The notes under the pieces: model-generated
What the model was told of the DNA's origin: nothing
Database searches by the model: none
Seen by the model: the letters and a program-made list of their open reading frames with translations, nothing else
Virus record (IMG/VR): IMGVR_UViG_3300028635_000005
DNA length: 64,000 nucleotides
Origin: a virus
Strand: one strand, 5' to 3'
Translations under genes and position numbers: made by a program
Part shown: one piece after another, positions 44,271 through 53,340 of the stretch
Position numbering within the stretch: position 1 is the stretch's first letter
Layout: the number at the start of each line of letters is the position of its first letter

Positions 44271-45053
44271 CTACATTTCATCTTCCGCTTTTGAAATTAC
44301 TGTTACAGTATCGCTATCTGTTGAAGTAAAAACAAGTCTATCTTCACCCATTTCAACATTATAATTCTCAACGTCTATTGTTGCATATTGATCTTTAAAT
44401 ATGGATAAAGTTACATTTGCTTTTTCTTTACCCTCATGTATAAGAAGTTCAAATGCTTTTCCGGATACAAATGTCTTCTTATCAGAAAGCTTGAATTCTA
44501 TAAGCTTATGATCAACGTCCAATGCGTTAAGAGTGTTAATTTTCTCAAGCATAGTCTTTGATAACTCGAACTTGCCTAGGCTATCAACGTTTGCTATGTT
44601 ATTTTTAAATACATCGTCTGAAATATATTTGAATATATTTAACGATGTACAATCAACACTCATTTTTAGCATTTTACTTTTCAACAAAATCTTTTCAGCT
44701 GCAAATTGAGTTTCGCCTTCACCCACGAGTTCCTGATATTCTATAGTTAACGTGAACTCAGCATCTTGGAACTGATCAATAATTTTAATTAAACGAGGAA
44801 TGTTAAAAATTCCAACTTTAACTCGTTTTGATTCTGTTCCATCTTTAACGGTAAAGCCGGCTTCATCAAACTTAATAGAACTCATTTTGACAACTGAATG
44901 TTCTTCATTATAAGTTTTTGCTATGAAAATAGAATTTGAACGATCAACCTCTAATAAAAGAGTGTTATCGATTGATGAAAATCTTTTAATCCAAGCTGTA
45001 AAAGCTTTGGCATTTTTAGCAGTAAATTCAAGTGTTTTTTTAGATATAGCCAT
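44271..45053 (-). CDS. gp45: Sliding clamp (T4 gp45-like)
   Basis: IKRFSSIDNTLLL and VGIFNIPRLIKIIDQF match the gp45 pattern (LKNFATINSGI, VAIYDLNGFLGIL); size fits. Confidence 0.7.
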   Translation of the reverse strand: MAISKKTLEFTAKNAKAFTAWIKRFSSIDNTLLLEVDRSNSIFIAKTYNEEHSVVKMSSIKFDEAGFTVKDGTESKRVKVGIFNIPRLIKIIDQFQDAEFTLTIEYQELVGEGETQFAAEKILLKSKMLKMSVDCTSLNIFKYISDDVFKNNIANVDSLGKFELSKTMLEKINTLNALDVDHKLIEFKLSDKKTFVSGKAFELLIHEGKEKANVTLSIFKDQYATIDVENYNVEMGEDRLVFTSTDSDTVTVISKAEDEM

Positions 45054-45085
45054 AATTAAGAAACTTTTTATATGATTTATCAAGA

Positions 45086-45114
45086 TTTATAAAAACAAAA
45101 AGGAACAAAGTTTT
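45086..45114 (-). promoter_or_regulatory. Middle-type promoter AAAACTT-N16-TATAAA
   Basis: Upstream of the clamp; overlaps terminator. Confidence 0.65.
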
Positions 45115-45124
45115 GTTTGTTCCT
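45092..45124 (-). terminator. Intrinsic terminator
   Basis: AGGAACAAA/TTTGTTCCT stem plus U-tract. Confidence 0.75.
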
Positions 45125-45150
45125 ATCTTTAATTGTTTTTTAACACTTAG

Positions 45151-45579
45151 TTATCTTTGCTCATCTTTCTTATATGTTGAATTATATCCTATAAAATCAT
45201 TGCACGAATTGTATCGATTATAAAAATATATTTCTGTTAATTGTTTAAATTCTTCATCTGTAACATCTAAATATTTTTGTATTTTTATAAATCTTCTTCT
45301 CTTTTGTATTAAAACTGTTGACCATAAAACTCCTACTACGCTACTTATAATTGCATATATTAAGCTGGGTATCATTTGACAAAACTGAGAAAGTCCTGTA
45401 CTTATTGCAAAAATTTCAAATGCTAAAGGTAATAAAAGCAAAGAGATCACAAAAATGACATACCTATATGAATCATAGACACCACGTAGTGAAATGTATT
45501 TTAAGAAAAATTTTTCGAGTTTACATGGTTTAAATTTCTTATAAGCTTTTTCAAATTCTGTTTTAGTTATTCTACACAT
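45151..45579 (-). CDS. Two-TM membrane protein
   Basis: Two hydrophobic helices. Confidence 0.6.
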   Translation of the reverse strand: MCRITKTEFEKAYKKFKPCKLEKFFLKYISLRGVYDSYRYVIFVISLLLLPLAFEIFAISTGLSQFCQMIPSLIYAIISSVVGVLWSTVLIQKRRRFIKIQKYLDVTDEEFKQLTEIYFYNRYNSCNDFIGYNSTYKKDEQR

Positions 45580-45609
45580 TATTAGATCAAAGAGTTCATC
45601 TTTATCTAT

Positions 45610-47061
45610 TTATTCATCATCATTTAAAAATTTTTTAACAGTTTCATTTTCATCATATACGTCCTCTCCGCTCCATACTGCTATGTCATTAATTATCTCA
45701 ACATCATCAGTATCAAAAAGGTTAACTGAATGTTTTTGCGATACTACTCCTCTTGCAATTGTTGGGTCAGGATAATTATCAAATGCTTTCTGGGCTTCTT
45801 TCAATTCTTTTTCTTTATCTTTTAATTCTTGAGTAAGAACTTTTATTTTTTCTCGTGTTGCTGTTAATTCATCTTTTGTGAATTTTTTAGCTGTCATATT
45901 TTCAAGACGAGAAGATATTTCCTTTTCATGGGGTTTAAGCCATGTATCAACTTCATCTATAGTTCTTTGCTTTTGAAGCATAAATACTATAAATTTTTCT
46001 TTTGCAATATTAAATTTTAATTCAAATGAAAGTTTATCTCTTTCAAATAAAGTATTCTTAAGTCTAAGGCGACAAATTTGCCACTTATAATCTTCAAGAT
46101 AATCTTCTACAGAATCATATGAAAGTACTGTCCCATCTTTTACAAAAATAAGAGTCTCAGTAACAAGAACTGAAAATGTTTTTTTGACAAAATTCTGAAT
46201 ATCTTGCCATTCTTCAGCATTTTTACCAGAGTATATAATGTCAATATTTACTTTAATGTTCGAGTTATTAATTATTCGTATGTTGCTTTCATATTTATTG
46301 ATAAGATAATCAAGCTTCTTTAAAACAGAATTAAATTTAACGATTGGAGGAATTTCTCTAACCATTATTTTTTGGCCTTCAACAATAATATTGGATGAAA
46401 TTAACCACGTCTTATCAAAACCTTTGTATTTTTCAATAGTTCCATTAAATCCTTCAAAATAAGGTTTAACACTTTTACGCTTTCCATCTAAAAAGTCTTG
46501 TATATCTTTTAATTTACGAGGAAGAACTGTTGATTTGTATCCTACTGCTATTCCTACGATAGGGACAACAAGACCAAGAGGTGCATCCATCCACAAAGGA
46601 TCATAGGGGCCCTCAGGGTCTCTTGTAGTGAGGTGATTGTATTTGTTTAGGATACCATTAGCTAAAGAAGAAAGTTTAACTCCAGTGTATCTAGCAGCCG
46701 CAGGAGAAGGAGATACTTCTGTTCCAAAGAAGCCATCACCTTCAAGAATTTGTGTTGCATTTCCAAAAGGACGAGCAAGTTTATTTATTGCGCTTTCAAG
46801 TGAACTATTCCCATGATGATAACCGTCCTGAATTGCCTTGCCGACAACCGTTAAAGTTTTAACAAATGACGTTGGTGTGTTTTTGAGAATAAAGCGTTGA
46901 ACAGGTGTTAATGCATCATAAAAATTAGGTATGCCTCTTTGTTCAAGGACATACACCGCATAATCTCGAAATTTCGTATCAATGAACTTTGAAATTGGGA
47001 GTCTTATGATTTTTTCCTTGCGTCTTGGCTTTGTTAGATCTTTTGCTCTTTTCTTAGACAT
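45610..47061 (-). CDS. gp52: Type II topoisomerase, breakage-reunion subunit (gp52/GyrA/ParC-like)
   Basis: DALTPVQR, YHHGNSS, GDGFFG, AAARYT catalytic Tyr, GIAVGY. Confidence 0.93.
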   Translation of the reverse strand: MSKKRAKDLTKPRRKEKIIRLPISKFIDTKFRDYAVYVLEQRGIPNFYDALTPVQRFILKNTPTSFVKTLTVVGKAIQDGYHHGNSSLESAINKLARPFGNATQILEGDGFFGTEVSPSPAAARYTGVKLSSLANGILNKYNHLTTRDPEGPYDPLWMDAPLGLVVPIVGIAVGYKSTVLPRKLKDIQDFLDGKRKSVKPYFEGFNGTIEKYKGFDKTWLISSNIIVEGQKIMVREIPPIVKFNSVLKKLDYLINKYESNIRIINNSNIKVNIDIIYSGKNAEEWQDIQNFVKKTFSVLVTETLIFVKDGTVLSYDSVEDYLEDYKWQICRLRLKNTLFERDKLSFELKFNIAKEKFIVFMLQKQRTIDEVDTWLKPHEKEISSRLENMTAKKFTKDELTATREKIKVLTQELKDKEKELKEAQKAFDNYPDPTIARGVVSQKHSVNLFDTDDVEIINDIAVWSGEDVYDENETVKKFLNDDE

Positions 47062-47062
47062 C

Positions 47063-47332
47063 CTAATTGTTCACAAAATCTGTTAATTTTTTAATGTCAT
47101 TTTTCACTGAATAAAAACTTGCTAAAATATCATTCAATTGTTTTAAGGAATGAATTTCATAAAGTTTTTCACATTGAGAATATAGGTCGTTAAATTTATC
47201 TATAAAATCCTTAATAGCTTCTTTATTTAACGCTACAGGTGTTTCAATGCTATTTTCATTTTTTGATATTTTTTTCTTACGAGATAATTCTTGTGGAGTT
47301 GCATAATCTGCGTTTCCCGAAAGATTTTTCAT
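47063..47332 (-). CDS. Hypothetical protein
   Basis: 89-aa helical ORF. Confidence 0.55.
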   Translation of the reverse strand: MKNLSGNADYATPQELSRKKKISKNENSIETPVALNKEAIKDFIDKFNDLYSQCEKLYEIHSLKQLNDILASFYSVKNDIKKLTDFVNN

Positions 47333-47334
47333 AA

Positions 47335-47895
47335 TTACGCTAATTTTTTATCAGATATAAGTTCACGCAAAAATACGTTTTTTTCACCACCAATAAATTC
47401 AACCCATTCTTTATAGTATTCAGGAAACATTTTTTTAAGTTCATCTAACTCTTTAATCTTAAGAGCAAAATAATTTTCTAAGGGTATAGATTCTTTGGCA
47501 TCATCCCGCATTTTAATATTTATGATATAATCTATAAAATCAGGATACTGTTCTTTATCCCAAACCCTGTCATCTGCCAAGAAACAAATGGCTGTCATAG
47601 CATTATTGATGTCGGGTTCATAGAAATTAGCACAAGGAATTCCACTATGATAAAGAGATCTATAAGTCTCTTCCATCGAACCTTTAGGATTTCCAAGATG
47701 TCCATCATTAGATGTTCCACCGTTTAAAATGATCCACGTTTTATCCCAAAATGCAAAGTCTTTAAATTCCTGATTTTTACTATACTTATATGCATATTCA
47801 ATCGCAGCATGTCCTGCTTGTATTCCTTGCTGAATAGGGGATAAATTATAAGGCACAAAAAAGTACATTCGATATGTTCTCTCTGGGTGTGGCAT
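47335..47895 (-). CDS. Peptidyl-tRNA hydrolase 2 (PTH2)-like protein
   Basis: LSPIQQGIQAGHA, KTWIILNG, FYEPDINNAMTAIC. Confidence 0.65.
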   Translation of the reverse strand: MPHPERTYRMYFFVPYNLSPIQQGIQAGHAAIEYAYKYSKNQEFKDFAFWDKTWIILNGGTSNDGHLGNPKGSMEETYRSLYHSGIPCANFYEPDINNAMTAICFLADDRVWDKEQYPDFIDYIINIKMRDDAKESIPLENYFALKIKELDELKKMFPEYYKEWVEFIGGEKNVFLRELISDKKLA

Positions 47896-47912
47896 AATTC
47901 TTATTTTAGTTT

Positions 47913-48101
47913 TTATTCAACCCAAGAATATCCCGGGACATATTTTTCCAATTCTTCTTTTGTATCAGCAGTCATTGTACGAAACGTGAAATTTCCATCA
48001 CAATAAACCTCTATGATAATTTCCCAGCCGCATCTATCATTACCCGCATAATAATATGGGCCTCTAACAATTTCTTTTACATAAATGTCTTGTGTGTCCA
48101 T
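47913..48101 (-). CDS. Hypothetical protein
   Basis: 62-aa ORF. Confidence 0.5.
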   Translation of the reverse strand: MDTQDIYVKEIVRGPYYYAGNDRCGWEIIIEVYCDGNFTFRTMTADTKEELEKYVPGYSWVE

Positions 48102-48106
48102 AGTAC

Positions 48107-48484
48107 TTAAAATAAAGGGTTAGTATTACTTTTCTTTTTTAATTCATCTGAATGATCCCATTCAGGAACTTCAATTCCAAGATTTTCTTGGATCCATGCT
48201 GCTACAATACGACGATGACAAAATTTTCCAGGTTCCTCCCAACATAATAATACATTATGCTTAAACATTTCATATATAGCCTTAGGATCAAGTTTTGCTA
48301 ACACATTTTCTCGATACAATTTTTCATATTGTTCCTTAGTTATGGCACCTTCCTTAATAGCATAAAATGTTTGTCTATCAGGCGCTAATGCAGGATATTG
48401 CAAACCCGTCCAATCTACGGGCGGATAAATACAAATCGCTACGCCCTTATCTCCCGTGTATCTTCTAAAATTACTCGTTTTCAT
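48107..48484 (-). CDS. DUF488-like protein
   Basis: TSNF..AIC..PP..LAP..LLCWE....CHRRIVA. Confidence 0.75.
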   Translation of the reverse strand: MKTSNFRRYTGDKGVAICIYPPVDWTGLQYPALAPDRQTFYAIKEGAITKEQYEKLYRENVLAKLDPKAIYEMFKHNVLLCWEEPGKFCHRRIVAAWIQENLGIEVPEWDHSDELKKKSNTNPLF

Positions 48485-48980
48485 TCACAGGTTCCCATTT
48501 CATATTATTTGTCTGAGAATTACTTTGCCAGCAATCTTTGCATATCGTAGTTATCCAACCCTTTGTATAACCAATGTTTTTAGTTGTTCCGCAATATTCA
48601 CAAATTTTATATGATAGTGATTCTGCCATTCTTACCATGCCATCAATGTAATCATCTCCGCCATCATAATAAAAACGTAATCCTCCAAATTTTTCTTTTA
48701 TCTGAGTAATATTTATTGTTAATTCTTGCTTGCCTTCTCTAAGATTAAACTTATTTTTATTTTCAAGATGATTAACAATATTGCCCATAAGTTCATCTAG
48801 AAGCATAAACCAGCCATCTCCACACTCAAACCCAAATTGAATAGGGGATACTATTTCTTTCTGATTTAAGAGTTCCTGAATCTCTTCTTTCATCGGCTTT
48901 TCGCCAATATAAATTTTTTGCTTAGTCTGAAATAACTGAGGATATGTATCTAATAATTTTCGTTGTAATTCAGTTTTCAT
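48471..48980 (-). CDS. Conserved phage hypothetical protein
   Basis: FECGDGW, QIKEKFGGLRFY, CEYCG..CKDC. Confidence 0.7.
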   Translation of the reverse strand: MKTELQRKLLDTYPQLFQTKQKIYIGEKPMKEEIQELLNQKEIVSPIQFGFECGDGWFMLLDELMGNIVNHLENKNKFNLREGKQELTINITQIKEKFGGLRFYYDGGDDYIDGMVRMAESLSYKICEYCGTTKNIGYTKGWITTICKDCWQSNSQTNNMKWEPVNENE

Positions 48981-48982
48981 TT

Positions 48983-50314
48983 TTAAAATCCTAATTTACG
49001 TGGTTCATTTATTTTAGAGTTATTATCTATTCCATAAAAATATATGTCTGCAAGTGTCATAGGTTCTGTCACTTCTACATCTCCATGTCCATTTTTTTCA
49101 AGAAGTTTCTTTGATTTTTCAACTGAAAGTTTTTCAAATTTATAGTTCATCAAAAGCCTTCCTTTACGTGTAAGTGCTTCATCTATATTCTTTATCCCTG
49201 TATTAAATGTTGCAACTATTGAAATATTAAGACAATCCGAAAGAAGCCCATCAGTTAAATTAAGAACATTTGAAACCGCAGAACTTCTTCCTCCTGTTCC
49301 TCTTTTCTCAAGTGCAGGTTCAGCATCTTCAATAATTAAAATTGAATCATTATTTTGCATAAGGAATGGAATAAACGCCGGATCTGTTATGGAATCAACC
49401 ATATCAGGAGATATAAATATAATGTTCTTTTTAAGCCTTGAGGTTAAGTATCGGATATACGTTGTTTTTCCAACACCTGGGCTTCCACTTAATATCACAA
49501 GATTTGTTTTATTCTTACTGTTAAGTCCATTAATTATTTTTTCAGACATTTCGGGAAAATCATCGTTATAATTTTCTTCCAAATTAACATTTATCTTTTT
49601 TACATTAAAGCCCATTTTATCAAAACCAGTTGATCCACGATATACGATAAATATTTGATTTTTAGCAACTGAAGGTTTTTTGAACCCCTTTAATAATCCA
49701 AGAAGATTATAAAAATGTGAATCGGGATTGTTTTCATCCTTCTGTTGATAAAAAATTGATCCTTTGTCTTCACCATCTATATACATGTATAGTCCTTCAT
49801 CAAGGCAAAATAGTATTGAAGTTATTCTTGGTTCTTTAGTGTCTTGATAAGATATTTTTATATATGAATAGTCTGGAATATTAAAATGTTTTAACAATTT
49901 TTTAACAAATATATTTAAGTCAAAATGATTGACACGATATACGCTTGGATAAATTTTATATTTCCTATAATATGCATATGCAAAATAATAAAGCTCTGAA
50001 TATGAATTTAAATAACCATCATTTCCATCATTAAAGGTAAAAAGCTCATGTACATCTCCAAAAGGAAATGGCTTAACCTCAGAAAACTTTTTAGTCGAAA
50101 TTTTAGAAATATCTATGACAACATCTTTCCAATCATATTTTTCTTCTACAACGTTACCTTCTTCGTCGTATCTCTCATATTGTTCCAGATTCATATATTC
50201 TTTAGTAATTAAATTTGTTATAACGTCAATTTCTTCTTTTGATAATTTATCTATAGGAAAAAATACTATTTCATCTTCTCCGTCTGGTCTTATTTTTATT
50301 TGCCTGCCAGCCAT
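48983..50314 (-). CDS. AAA+ ATPase
   Basis: SGSPGVGKT, IIEDAE, LNLTDGL, IDEALTRKGRL. Confidence 0.92.
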   Translation of the reverse strand: MAGRQIKIRPDGEDEIVFFPIDKLSKEEIDVITNLITKEYMNLEQYERYDEEGNVVEEKYDWKDVVIDISKISTKKFSEVKPFPFGDVHELFTFNDGNDGYLNSYSELYYFAYAYYRKYKIYPSVYRVNHFDLNIFVKKLLKHFNIPDYSYIKISYQDTKEPRITSILFCLDEGLYMYIDGEDKGSIFYQQKDENNPDSHFYNLLGLLKGFKKPSVAKNQIFIVYRGSTGFDKMGFNVKKINVNLEENYNDDFPEMSEKIINGLNSKNKTNLVILSGSPGVGKTTYIRYLTSRLKKNIIFISPDMVDSITDPAFIPFLMQNNDSILIIEDAEPALEKRGTGGRSSAVSNVLNLTDGLLSDCLNISIVATFNTGIKNIDEALTRKGRLLMNYKFEKLSVEKSKKLLEKNGHGDVEVTEPMTLADIYFYGIDNNSKINEPRKLGF

Positions 50315-52107
50315 GATTTTCGTCGATTTGTGTTATCGCCAAACGCTATTTCAAGAAATTTATTGGCACTTCTATCATTAATAATCGAGAAAAATGTTTT
50401 ATGTTCCATAACATATTCCCAATCTTTAAGCGATAACGAACCAAGTCCCTTTAAGTATTTAACATTTGAAACTTTTGTAGTTTTAGCAAATTCATTAAAT
50501 TCTTCAAGCGTATTAAAATATTTTCTTTCTTTTCCAGCATCACAGGCTACAAGGGGCGTAATTATTCTATATAGCATTTTATTCTCTATAATATGTGGAA
50601 ACCAACGATAAAAGAAATTTATTATAAGAGAACTTATATGTTGCCCATCGCTGTCCTCATCTGCTGCTATAATAATTTTTTCATAAGACGGAAGTTTTTT
50701 ACTTCCTGGTTCTATTTCAAGTATACTCATTACATCCATCCATTCTACGTTTGTAGCTAATTCAGATAACTTACGTACATTTTTAACCTTACCCTTAAGA
50801 GCATATATAGCCTCAGTTTCTGAATCTCTAGCTTGTCGAATTGACCCTGCTGCTGATGCGCCTTCAGTTAAATAAAGATGTTGTTTATATTTAGATGAAG
50901 GGCTAAATTTATCAGAAATCTTTCGTTTAGATTGTCGTTGAGCACGTTTAATCTTATTTATATTTTCATTCTTTAGTCTATCTTCGATTGATTTTTCAAT
51001 GTTTTTAGCAATATCAGATTTTCCTAAAAGACGAATAAGTCTGGTATGAAAAGCTTCTTTCATAGGTTCTTCAATTTCCCCTCGTCCTGTTGCAAACTTT
51101 GTTTTATTTTGGTCTGCAAATTTCATGAGAGTTGAAGGAACATTCAAGATAATAAGTGTCTCATAAAAATGATGGGCAAAATTATATTTAAAATACTCAT
51201 TAACCCAATCATTAACAATCTTTTGATGTATTCCAGTGCATTGAGACCCGTTCACAAATGACAAAGAACACGAATTTTCATATGATTCCCAAAGATATAT
51301 TGTTCCAAAAGTATTTGAAACAATTATATGATTTGAAGGGATAAAGTCTGCTGTAACAGGTATTGGAATCTCTTTACTATTTTCGATAAAAAACGCTTTA
51401 AGATTAAGCTTATTAATAATAGGATCATTTTTAATCAAAAAGGCTTTAAAAGAAAGATAAGTTGTCATAAGATCTTTATCCCATTTATAATTAGGAAACA
51501 TTTCCTTTGATGGAATAAAACTTATCGTGGTTCCAAGTTTATCTCCTGGAGTCTTCTTCCTAATCTCTTCTTTAACAACTTTAAAATCTTCCCATACAAA
51601 ACTCACATAATGCGTTTTATTTATAGTTTCAACTGTGAAACGTTCCGAAAGAATATTTGTTACCGCTGAACCTACGCCATGAGTTCCTAAAATATGAGTT
51701 TCCGTATCAATAAAATTAGATCCAGCGTGAAGTTCTTCAAGTGCAGTACGTACAACATTTTTCTTTGTCTTAGGATGTTTTTTAGCTGCATTATAAAATC
51801 CTTGCCCCTCATCAATTACAGTTATTTCATTATTATCGAGATTAACTTTAACTGTAATGTTTTTCATTTTTCCTTTGCAACGTTTCGCTTCATCTAATGC
51901 ATTCTCAAGAATTTCAACGATAAGATGCATAAAACCTTCAGACCAGCTTTTTTGTACATCTGTAAGAGAACCATTTATAATAAGAGGAAGTTTTTCATCC
52001 ACATGCGCAACTTGCCCAATATACATTGTTGGACGCAATCGAACAGCGTCAAATGTATCCAGAGCAATAATTTCTTTTATGTTTTTCTGGTCTATCTTAA
52101 TAGCCAT
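50296..52107 (-). CDS. gp39: Type II topoisomerase, ATPase/TOPRIM subunit (gp39+60/GyrB/ParE-like)
   Basis: LRPTMYIG, EILENALDE, DEGQG, GTHGVGS, LTEGASA, DEDSDGQHI, YLKGLGS. Confidence 0.95.
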   Translation of the reverse strand: MAIKIDQKNIKEIIALDTFDAVRLRPTMYIGQVAHVDEKLPLIINGSLTDVQKSWSEGFMHLIVEILENALDEAKRCKGKMKNITVKVNLDNNEITVIDEGQGFYNAAKKHPKTKKNVVRTALEELHAGSNFIDTETHILGTHGVGSAVTNILSERFTVETINKTHYVSFVWEDFKVVKEEIRKKTPGDKLGTTISFIPSKEMFPNYKWDKDLMTTYLSFKAFLIKNDPIINKLNLKAFFIENSKEIPIPVTADFIPSNHIIVSNTFGTIYLWESYENSCSLSFVNGSQCTGIHQKIVNDWVNEYFKYNFAHHFYETLIILNVPSTLMKFADQNKTKFATGRGEIEEPMKEAFHTRLIRLLGKSDIAKNIEKSIEDRLKNENINKIKRAQRQSKRKISDKFSPSSKYKQHLYLTEGASAAGSIRQARDSETEAIYALKGKVKNVRKLSELATNVEWMDVMSILEIEPGSKKLPSYEKIIIAADEDSDGQHISSLIINFFYRWFPHIIENKMLYRIITPLVACDAGKERKYFNTLEEFNEFAKTTKVSNVKYLKGLGSLSLKDWEYVMEHKTFFSIINDRSANKFLEIAFGDNTNRRKSWLAGK

Positions 52108-52120
52108 ATAAGTTTTGTAT

Positions 52121-52148
52121 TTTATATGAACTTTATTTTAAAAGTTTT
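52121..52148 (-). promoter_or_regulatory. Middle-type promoter AAAACTT-N15-TATAAA
   Basis: Upstream of the topoisomerase operon. Confidence 0.55.
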
Positions 52149-52896
52149 AAATGATGAATGGCAACATTTTTATGTTATCGTCTTCGGATAATTGATTATT
52201 TACAGTATATTCATTAATATTGCCTATTTGTCTATTATCCATAATCACAGTTAAAGGATTAATGTCAGGCTTAATATACGTTATTATAATTATATCATTA
52301 GCCTGTACAGAAGTTGTTAAATAAACATATACTAAATTTCGATTAATGTTTATATGTTCTATACCCACAACTTTATCGTTTATTATCACAGTGAATGCAG
52401 ATATATCTGGTATAATTGGTAACAACGACATATTAAAAATTATTTCTAACCTATTAGGAGTATTCTTATGTACTATAACTCCTACGCACCATATTGGAGT
52501 ATAAGCTTCACCTGTTGTCGTAAAACTTATAGTTGGCCCGTAATTAGTTCCGTAGCCGTATGTAGTATAAGAACGTACATGGTATGTTGTATTAGGCATT
52601 AGTTCGACCATTGTACTAACATAGGTTCCATCTCCTACACCATCTTTCGTGAAATTATTAATGCCTAATGTTGGTAGCGTATCAGTAGAACTCCAACATA
52701 TTCCTCGTGCAACGTTAGATGTACCACCATCAGAACTATTTACAGTTGCTCCACTGATTGCTGATATAGCTGTAATGTATTCTACTTTATTTGTGGATTT
52801 TATTGTTAAATGAGAAACACTGGGTGGAGAATTAGGTTGGGAATACATATTAAAAAATAGACCCAACATAATTATAACTATTAAAAAATGTTTCAT
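52147..52896 (-). CDS. Secreted protein with FN3-like and SwmB-like beta domains
   Basis: Signal peptide; ARGICWS..PT..G.GTY..LMPNTTYHVRSY; LEIIF..SAFTV..VYL..IIITY. Confidence 0.65.
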   Translation of the reverse strand: MKHFLIVIIMLGLFFNMYSQPNSPPSVSHLTIKSTNKVEYITAISAISGATVNSSDGGTSNVARGICWSSTDTLPTLGINNFTKDGVGDGTYVSTMVELMPNTTYHVRSYTTYGYGTNYGPTISFTTTGEAYTPIWCVGVIVHKNTPNRLEIIFNMSLLPIIPDISAFTVIINDKVVGIEHININRNLVYVYLTTSVQANDIIIITYIKPDINPLTVIMDNRQIGNINEYTVNNQLSEDDNIKMLPFII

Positions 52897-53246
52897 CGTA
52901 TCAATTCCTTAGTTTTCTCAAGTTCTTTTTCCAATTGTTCTATATATTCTTCTTTTTCTTCTTCACTTAAAGAACGAAAATATTCTGCTCTTCTGCTCCT
53001 AAGTTGACGATTATGCGTAGTTGAAGCGTTCCAATGGGGGTTATTTGCTATAATATCAAAATAGTTAAGAATTCCTCCAATAGCAACAGCACTAGAAAGA
53101 ACACCGAAATATATCCAATGAAGTGAAAACGCAAATGCCGAGAATATCACAAGAGCAATTATAGCAACCCAATAAATTATTTTCCAAAATTTCATATCTA
53201 AAAAATTAAGATAAACAACATCGTTATGATCATAAGTATGATCCAT
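52893..53246 (-). CDS. Membrane protein
   Basis: Two TM helices and a charged tail. Confidence 0.6.
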   Translation of the reverse strand: MDHTYDHNDVVYLNFLDMKFWKIIYWVAIIALVIFSAFAFSLHWIYFGVLSSAVAIGGILNYFDIIANNPHWNASTTHNRQLRSRRAEYFRSLSEEEKEEYIEQLEKELEKTKELIR

Positions 53247-53314
53247 ATCGTTTCGCCTCGCGTAAAGATTCTTTTCATTTAAGACAATATGTTAATGATT
53301 AATAGGTACCTATT

Positions 53315-53336
53315 AAAAAGAGGCCCGAAGGCCTCT
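53315..53336 (-). terminator. Intrinsic terminator
   Basis: AGAGGCC-CGAA-GGCCTCT plus U-tract. Confidence 0.8.
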
Positions 53337-53340
53337 CGTG

